The notes beneath the pieces are model-generated. The model was not told the DNA's origin and made no database searches. It saw nothing but the letters and a program-made list of their open reading frames with translations. Shown here piece after piece: positions 57,770-64,000 of a DNA stretch of 64,000 nucleotides; the first letter of the stretch is position 1, and every line of letters begins with the position of its first letter. The DNA comes from Spirochaetota bacterium. Its GTDB lineage: Bacteria; Spirochaetota; Spirochaetia; JABEVK01. The translations under genes were made by a program, and so were the position numbers. The stretch covers positions 2,117-66,116 of the forward strand of contig JAIFLN010000101.1 in the NCBI GenBank assembly GCA_020049045.1. The letters are read 5' to 3'.

Positions 57770-58152
57770 GGCTGGGCAGCCTCCAGATGCAACGGTTTGA
57801 GTTCAAAGGGGAATTCAAAGTCCTCTTTAAATTCTTGTGCCAAGTCGAGCGCCCTGTTGTTTTTTTCCTCGTAAAACCACAGCACAGAGACTTCGCAGCC
57901 ACGCTGATTGGCTTCGGCCAGCAAATCCAAAAGGTCGAGCAGGCACTTAGTGCTGCTGGAGTTCATATAGTGGATGTTCACCTCGAGCCGAAGCACCTTC
58001 AGGGTGGGAAGCACTGAATGAAACCAGGCGAAGACGGGTTCAAAGAACGAGAACGAGTTTTCCGGATAGGACTCACCGGAAATCTCGAAAGTTTGCAGGG
58101 CTTCGTTGTAATGAATGCGGGGGGTGGTCTTGGTGGCATCAATAGAAATCAT
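57766..58152 (-). CDS. siaC: SiaC-family phosphoprotein (DUF1987)
   Basis: T..TP.I, ISGESYPENS..FF.P...W, YMNSSSTK, V.WFY. Confidence 0.92.
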   Translation of the reverse strand: MISIDATKTTPRIHYNEALQTFEISGESYPENSFSFFEPVFAWFHSVLPTLKVLRLEVNIHYMNSSSTKCLLDLLDLLAEANQRGCEVSVLWFYEEKNNRALDLAQEFKEDFEFPFELKPLHLEAAQP

Positions 58153-58164
58153 GGTTCTATCTCC

Positions 58165-58698
58165 TCAAACAGTCACACAAAGGGTGAAAAAGACAAACAC
58201 ATCGTCCAAAGCTTGAAAACGGAACTCCAGTTTACCAGAAGCCCGGCGGGCCATCTCGATGATGCCGACACCAGCTCCCTGAGCGTCGGCAGGTCGTTGT
58301 TTGCGCAGTTCTTCCTTGTAACGGCGCTTAAGGCCGTCCTTGTCCAGACCGTTGACCTCTTCCAACCTTCGAGTTAAATCCGCCACATCACTGCGCAGCA
58401 TGGAATTGCCGCAGGAAACACGGTAGTGTCCCTCCACCTGGTTGATCAGAATAATGGCCGAATCTTGCCCGAAACTCTCCAAATTTCGCCGGACAATGTA
58501 GTTTCGCGTATTTTGAGTCTGCTCAATATAGACCGCAAAAACATCGGTGATGATTCCTCGCTCCAGGTCCTTTTCTTCCAGATAACTTTTCGTGGCGTTA
58601 CCAATTTCTTCGAGAATACTATGGTTGAACGGGCCGTTGAAACTGATGAGCAGGCCTTGCTGTGAATATTCTTCTTTGAGCTGTAGAAGATCCTGCAT
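58165..58698 (-). CDS. siaB: SiaB-family protein kinase (DUF6272)
   Basis: FNGPF, VFAVYIEQTQN..NY, V.CGN, LK..YK..L, GAGVGIIEMARRA. Confidence 0.9.
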   Translation of the reverse strand: MQDLLQLKEEYSQQGLLISFNGPFNHSILEEIGNATKSYLEEKDLERGIITDVFAVYIEQTQNTRNYIVRRNLESFGQDSAIILINQVEGHYRVSCGNSMLRSDVADLTRRLEEVNGLDKDGLKRRYKEELRKQRPADAQGAGVGIIEMARRASGKLEFRFQALDDVFVFFTLCVTV

Positions 58699-60684
58699 TC
58701 ATTGTTCCTCCAGAGGATCAAGGTCAAAACCGAACAGCAACAGGTCATCCTTGGGCCGGAATGCCCCCTGGAAGCGGGCAAACTCGGCCTCAAAGGCGCT
58801 CTGTTGGTCTTTGAAGGGCTGCTGGCCCAGGGCCTCGATCAGACTGAGCACCCCTTCGCGCCCCAGGCCAAAACCCCTGGAGCCTCCTGGCAGATCCAGC
58901 ACACCGTCGGTCAGCAAATAGTAGCGGCGGCCAGGCAGCAAATCGATTTGGTGGGAAGCGATTTCGGGTTTGACCCGGTGGGAGCTGAAACCAAGATGGG
59001 TCCTGGTTCCCGCTATCTCCTGAACTCCGCCGGGTCCCAGCACGATCAGAGGCAACCCCGCCCCGGCGAACCGTAAAATTCCCTGGTCCCGCAACACCAG
59101 ACACAACCCGATGTCCAAACCGTTCTGAAGGTGTGCGGTCCCCTTGCCTACCCGAAGTGTCTCTTGCACGAGTCGATCCAGCCGGCTGAGGATGTGTCCG
59201 GGATTCTCGGGGCTGCCTTCGAGAACCTGGTTGAGCAGGGCGTTGACCATCATCGTCATAAACGCCCCGGGAACACCGTGTCCCGTGCAATCGACGGCCG
59301 CCACGCAGAACCCGCCGGGAATGGGACGAAAAAAACAAAAGTCCCCGCCCACGGTGTCGAGCGGTTTCAAAAGGAGAAAGCTGTGACCAATCTGGGCCGC
59401 CAGCTCTGGTCCCGAGGGTAGAATGGACGCCTGAATGAGGCGGCCGTACTGAATGGAATCCAGAAGCCGTCCCTGCGATTCAGACAGATCCCGGGTGCGC
59501 TCGGCCACCAGCTTCTCCAGGTTTTCGGTGTAGTCCCGGATTTTGGCGGCCATTTGGTTGAAGGAGCGGGCCAGGTGACCCAGCTCATTATCAGAGGCAA
59601 CGGCTAGCTGCACAGACCAGGACCCGGAAGCCACACTGTCGGCAGCATGGTTCAAGGCGACCAAGGGCCGCAAAACCAACCGGCTCAGCAGAAAGTACAG
59701 CGTTCCTAAAATCAGCATAAGGGAAACGAGAAACACGGCGGCAACCGGAAGGAAGCTGGTCCAGCTGAGAATGCGGCTGCCATCGACCAACACCAGATTG
59801 TACCAGTCGAGACTGGGAAGGTAGCCAACCACCGCTGTGAGCAAAAATCCATTGACTTCCAGGACACCAGAATCAACCGACCGCCCGCCCCACTCCTTGG
59901 TATGGACAAGCAGCGAATTCAGCACCCGCTGATTGTCAGCAGTGGCAAACAAATCATCGATGCCGGTACGTTCAGCATCGGTGCTGACCCGCGCATTGCG
60001 CTCGATCAAGGCTCGGTCCTTGTGTGCCAGTATGGCACCCTGACTATTCAAAACAATGGTTTGGATAGCAGGATCCGAGTGGTCCACCAACTGCGACAGG
60101 AATCCGGCCAGATCGATACCGGTTCCTGCAATGCCAAGGGTCTGTCCGGCCGAGTTCTTCACAAGGGTGTTGATCCAAACCCGGACCTCATCCAGCAGAA
60201 CATCGTAGTTGACGTTGATCCAATAAGGCCGGTCAAGAGAAAGACTGTCGAAAAACCAGCGGTCTGCCGGCTCAGTGGAGCGCAGACGGGTAGTTTCGAC
60301 GGGAGAGTTGCTGCGTGACTGAACGTAGTATTCCCCCGAATCCTTGATGGCAACAAACCAGGAGTTGTCCCGAAAGAGCCGAGCGTAACTGGCCAGCTGG
60401 GCTCGGGCCGCAGCACGCTTATCGGCGTCACCTTCGTCGGCCATCCAACTCTGAATCACCGGGTCGTCGACCAGTTTCAGACTAAGCACCAGTTCACGGT
60501 CAACCAGTGAGAGAATGCGATTTTTTTCCAGCTCGTTTTGTGACGTGGCGAACCGGAGAGTGTACTGCTGGGAAAGTGCGGTGACAACGCTGAGAAAGGC
60601 CACTGTCGTCGCCAGCGCGGTCACAACAAAAATGGCCCCGATAGCCGCCAGAAAGCTTTTGTGAAGTGAGCCAAGTTTGCCCAC
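58699..60684 (-). CDS. siaA: SiaA-family membrane PP2C phosphatase (Cache-like sensor, HAMP, SpoIIE)
   Basis: Two TMs, periplasmic sensor (DRWFF, VWIN), HAMP, VGGDF, DCTGHGVPGAFMT, GLD, TDG, DD. Confidence 0.9.
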   Translation of the reverse strand: MGKLGSLHKSFLAAIGAIFVVTALATTVAFLSVVTALSQQYTLRFATSQNELEKNRILSLVDRELVLSLKLVDDPVIQSWMADEGDADKRAAARAQLASYARLFRDNSWFVAIKDSGEYYVQSRSNSPVETTRLRSTEPADRWFFDSLSLDRPYWINVNYDVLLDEVRVWINTLVKNSAGQTLGIAGTGIDLAGFLSQLVDHSDPAIQTIVLNSQGAILAHKDRALIERNARVSTDAERTGIDDLFATADNQRVLNSLLVHTKEWGGRSVDSGVLEVNGFLLTAVVGYLPSLDWYNLVLVDGSRILSWTSFLPVAAVFLVSLMLILGTLYFLLSRLVLRPLVALNHAADSVASGSWSVQLAVASDNELGHLARSFNQMAAKIRDYTENLEKLVAERTRDLSESQGRLLDSIQYGRLIQASILPSGPELAAQIGHSFLLLKPLDTVGGDFCFFRPIPGGFCVAAVDCTGHGVPGAFMTMMVNALLNQVLEGSPENPGHILSRLDRLVQETLRVGKGTAHLQNGLDIGLCLVLRDQGILRFAGAGLPLIVLGPGGVQEIAGTRTHLGFSSHRVKPEIASHQIDLLPGRRYYLLTDGVLDLPGGSRGFGLGREGVLSLIEALGQQPFKDQQSAFEAEFARFQGAFRPKDDLLLFGFDLDPLEEQ

Positions 60685-60686
60685 TG

Positions 60687-61391
60687 CTACCCCAGGACCG
60701 CTTCAAGGGCCACTTCAACCATCGAGCCGAAGGTACGCTCGCGCTCTTCGCTGGTTGTATCGCCTCCGGTCACGAGGTGATCGCTGACCGTCAGCACCGT
60801 CAAAGCCTCGACCCCGTACTGGGCGGCCAGGGTGTAAAGTTCAGCGGCTTCCATCTCGACGGCAACGACCCCGAATTTCGCCCAGAGTTTCCACTGGTCG
60901 GGATCGTGAGTATAGAAGGAATCACTGGAGAGGATTTTACCCACATGAACCGGCAAGGTTCGGGCCCGGGCGGCCTCGTAAGCCCGGTGTAGCAAACGGA
61001 ACGACGGCGCCGGAGCGTAGTCCATCCCTTTGAAGCGGATTTTGTTCACCGCGGAATCGGTGGAGGCAGACAGCCCCAGCACCAAGTCGCGTACTTTCAC
61101 GGTGTCGCTGAGACCTCCGCAAGTTCCCACCCGGACCAGCTTTTGGCAGCCGTAATCGCGGATCAGTTCGTTGACATATATTGACAGGCTGGGCATACCC
61201 ATGCCGCTTCCCATCACAGAAACCCGTTGGCCGCGCCAGGTTCCTGTAAAGCCAAGCATATTGCGGACTTTGTTGAAACAGACGGCATTCTCAAGATAAT
61301 TCTCTGCGATAAACTGCGCCCGCAACGGGTCACCAGGCAGAAGGATGGAGGGGGCGATGTCCCCTTTGTGAGCGGCAATGTGAATGGACAT
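60687..61391 (-). CDS. deoD: Purine-nucleoside phosphorylase, DeoD type
   Basis: HI.A..GDIA..ILLPGDPLRA, RNMLGFTG, GMGMPS, RVGTCG, VEMEAA, TVSDH, ERE. Confidence 0.97.
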   Translation of the reverse strand: MSIHIAAHKGDIAPSILLPGDPLRAQFIAENYLENAVCFNKVRNMLGFTGTWRGQRVSVMGSGMGMPSLSIYVNELIRDYGCQKLVRVGTCGGLSDTVKVRDLVLGLSASTDSAVNKIRFKGMDYAPAPSFRLLHRAYEAARARTLPVHVGKILSSDSFYTHDPDQWKLWAKFGVVAVEMEAAELYTLAAQYGVEALTVLTVSDHLVTGGDTTSEERERTFGSMVEVALEAVLG

Positions 61392-61412
61392 ACGATGATT
61401 GTACCATGAGAG

Positions 61413-62549
61413 CTAGCTTCTGCGGTGATCGACTATGGTTCCCTGACGCATCACTTTGGGTTGCAGTTGAATTCCGAAGGTTTTTTCAATAGCGAGCACC
61501 CGGGGCTCTTCCACCTCGTCGTTCAAGACAATGCTCAGTCCCGCCTTCCCTGCCCGCCCTGTTCGTCCGCAGCGGTGCTGGTAGTCTAGCGGTGTCTCAG
61601 GAACATCAAAATGGACCACATGGGTCACCCCTTCGATATGGAGGCCCCTTGCAGCCAGGTCGGAAGCCACGAGCAGAGTCACCGTTCCCTTATGAAACGA
61701 CTCTAAAGCCCTTTGGCGGTCCTGCTTCATCAGCGATCCATGCAGGCTTTCGGCCTTCAAACCATGGTGACGCAATTTGTCGGCCAGCATTTCAATCTGA
61801 TCGGGTTTATTGAGAAACACCAGCGTCCGTTCAGGCGCAAGGGCATGGACTAGTTTTCGCAGCAGATCGTTCTTTTCGCGAAGCTCAGCAGAAAAGGACC
61901 AATGGGTGATGCCTGCCGGTATGGGCGCTTCCAGATCGAGCTTGATGACAGCGGGGTCTTTCAGAAATTCACGGGCAACGGTTTCTACCGACGCGGGAAT
62001 ACTTGCCGAGAAAAGCGCTAGCTGACGGCTTTTCAGCGTGGTCTTCAATATGGCGCGAAGTGTAGGCAGGGTGGCAGGATCAAACAGCCTGTCGGCTTCG
62101 TCGAGCACTACCGTGGTCAAAAAATGACCCGTGATCATCTTTTTTTCCAAGAGTTCTAGAATTCGCCCGCAGGTGCCCACCGCCACATGGGGCTTTTCTT
62201 TCAGCATCTCCTTTTGACGGGACAAATTGACACCACCCAGGAGTGCTATGTGCCGCAGCGTGGTTCCTGCTGAGAGGCGTTCCATCTGCCTCTGAATCTG
62301 TACCGCAAGTTCTTGAGTCGGAACGAGAATCAGGGCCTGAAGGTCCTTTCGGGTAGGGTCGAGGGCCTGAAAGATCGGCAGGAGATAGGCCAGGGTTTTT
62401 CCAGTACCTGTTCCCGACTGAACCACGAGGTCGCGGCGGGTGGAAAAGGGCTGCCAGACAGCACTCTGGACGGGTGTGGGATCGATCACCCCCTGGGCAT
62501 TCAGGGCGGCAAGCCAGGAGGCAGAAAGTGGCATAGCTTCAAAGGTCAT
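61413..62549 (-). CDS. DEAD-box RNA helicase (core only)
   Basis: PTPVQ, SGTGTGKT, PTQEL, DEAD, SAS, LHG, SDLAARGL, HRCGRTGRAG. Confidence 0.94.
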   Translation of the reverse strand: MTFEAMPLSASWLAALNAQGVIDPTPVQSAVWQPFSTRRDLVVQSGTGTGKTLAYLLPIFQALDPTRKDLQALILVPTQELAVQIQRQMERLSAGTTLRHIALLGGVNLSRQKEMLKEKPHVAVGTCGRILELLEKKMITGHFLTTVVLDEADRLFDPATLPTLRAILKTTLKSRQLALFSASIPASVETVAREFLKDPAVIKLDLEAPIPAGITHWSFSAELREKNDLLRKLVHALAPERTLVFLNKPDQIEMLADKLRHHGLKAESLHGSLMKQDRQRALESFHKGTVTLLVASDLAARGLHIEGVTHVVHFDVPETPLDYQHRCGRTGRAGKAGLSIVLNDEVEEPRVLAIEKTFGIQLQPKVMRQGTIVDHRRS

Positions 62550-62620
62550 GACCCACTATACCAGATTTGGACCTTGATTCCGGTTCTGAAAGGGTTATCT
62601 TTGCCTTTGGAGTCCCTTTC

Positions 62621-63871
62621 GTGAAGATCCACAATAACATTCTGCTGCAATACTCAATAGCGACCTTGGTTGTTACCTTGCTGATCAGTTTTTCACTGGC
62701 CGTTCTTTTGGCTGGAAATGTCACGAATTACTACCTGAAAAGCCATGTGGAGACCTTTCCGCAGATTGTCGCCCTCGCCTTTCAAGAAGATGAGCCGACC
62801 GCTCAGTGGTTCGAGGCCAATACAGCGGGAGAACCTCCTGCAGCGCTGAAAGCCCGCCTTGACCGGCTTCTCAACCTGGGCAAAATCTTCCGGCTGAAGG
62901 TGTGGACCCCAGACGGCACCATCCTCTGGAGCGACGAGCCATCTTTGGTCGGGCAGAGACTCCACAGCGATGAAATGGAAGAAGCTCTTCAGGGCCGTCC
63001 GGTCTACGAACTGGGAACTGCCGTCGCCTCGGAGAATATCGCGGAACAGGGTCATGGTACGGTTCTTCAAATTTACACACCCATTTTGCAGCAGAACAAG
63101 GTGGTGGGTGTCATTGAACTTTATGAAGACAACCAAGACCTGTTTCAGCAGATCACCTTGAACACACAAGCTGTCTGGGGTCTGGTGCTGGCTTTCGGTC
63201 TGCTCATCTATGGAGCGCTGTTTGTGGTGTTCTATCGGGCCTATACCAATCAGCGCAGAGCCAACCGGCAGCTGGAGCAGACCCAGGACGTGACGATTTT
63301 TGCGTTGGCATATCAGGCTGAGCTGCGAGATCATGAGACAGGAGAGCACCTGGAGCGTACCGCCCGGTACGTTGATTTATTGGCAGAAGCCTTGGGTCTG
63401 AATGTGCAGACCAGGTCGGACCTGGTCAGGGCTGCCCCTTTGCACGATATCGGCAAAGTAGGCATTCCTGACGCCATTTTGCTGAAACCCGGTCCATTTA
63501 CCCCCGAAGAGCGGGTTATTATGGAAACTCATTGTGAATTGGGTGACTCAGTGCTGGCTGCTGCCGAGGCAAAGCTTCCATTCCGTTCGTTTCTGACAAC
63601 GGCCCGCGAGGTGGTGAACTGCCACCATGAGAAGTGGGATGGATCGGGGTATCCCAAAAAGTTGGCTGGTGAGGCAATTCCTTTGGCTGGACGGATTATG
63701 GCAGTAGCCGATGTGTACGACGCCTTGCGCAGCCTTCGGCCTTATAAAGAACCGAGAACTCATGAAGAGTGTGTCCAGACCATCAAGGACTTGTCAGGGT
63801 CTCATTTTGATCCCAAGGTAGTGAAAGCTTTCGAATCGGTAGAGGCAGAAATCCGTAAAATTATGGTATGA
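62621..63871 (+). CDS. Membrane-anchored HD-GYP c-di-GMP phosphodiesterase
   Basis: Two TMs with a periplasmic domain; [32 protein letters not shown]...RPYK, HFDP. Confidence 0.92.
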   Translation: MKIHNNILLQYSIATLVVTLLISFSLAVLLAGNVTNYYLKSHVETFPQIVALAFQEDEPTAQWFEANTAGEPPAALKARLDRLLNLGKIFRLKVWTPDGTILWSDEPSLVGQRLHSDEMEEALQGRPVYELGTAVASENIAEQGHGTVLQIYTPILQQNKVVGVIELYEDNQDLFQQITLNTQAVWGLVLAFGLLIYGALFVVFYRAYTNQRRANRQLEQTQDVTIFALAYQAELRDHETGEHLERTARYVDLLAEALGLNVQTRSDLVRAAPLHDIGKVGIPDAILLKPGPFTPEERVIMETHCELGDSVLAAAEAKLPFRSFLTTAREVVNCHHEKWDGSGYPKKLAGEAIPLAGRIMAVADVYDALRSLRPYKEPRTHEECVQTIKDLSGSHFDPKVVKAFESVEAEIRKIMV

Positions 63872-63879
63872 TGCCGTTC

Positions 63880-64000
63880 ATGCAGGTTTCACGCTCCACA
63901 GCTTTTGAAGATGCTCTCCAGTTTTTTCCCGGCGGAGTGAATTCTCCCGTGCGAAGTTTCAAGGCGGTGGGAGGAACTCCTGTCTTCTTTGAAAAAGGTC
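63880..64000 (+). CDS. hemL: Glutamate-1-semialdehyde 2,1-aminomutase, N-terminal part (runs off the window edge)
   Basis: [40 protein letters not shown] contains the diagnostic PGGVNSPVR. Confidence 0.88.
   Translation, partial: MQVSRSTAFEDALQFFPGGVNSPVRSFKAVGGTPVFFEKG

Overview
Chromosomal window from a free-living spirochaete (class Spirochaetia), inferred from gene content and order: polA-coaE-SPOR protein, fliS-flgN, ileS followed by a TP0453-like lipoprotein, and several hypotheticals I recall as spirochaete-type. The left half is mostly housekeeping: polA, coaE, fliS/flgN, tig-clpP-clpX-lon, five tRNAs without encoded CCA, type-2 ileS, hisHF, an OmpR/BaeS-like two-component system, two tandem DtxR-family regulators, Mrp/ApbC, pcnB, feoAB with a clear DtxR box, type-B rpmE and dapL. 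The right half is more accessory: a ChvE/GguAB sugar ABC transporter with a YesM/YesN system flanked by two extra binding proteins, dinB, a GC-richer pectin/hemicellulose cassette (GH43, GH4, GH105, esterase), a 4x Ig-like DUF3494 ice-binding lipoprotein, ogt, dcp, a complete siaABCD c-di-GMP operon abutting deoD, a DEAD-box helicase, an HD-GYP phosphodiesterase and the start of hemL. I saw no CRISPR array, transposase, integrase, prophage or rRNA. The best leads are the ice-binding protein/siaABCD/HD-GYP neighbourhood, the DtxR paralog pair (one has lost its metal site), a structured rpmE leader, two small ORFs below the ORF-track cutoff, and a recurring leaderless-promoter architecture. All family assignments come from reading motifs by eye; no searches were run.
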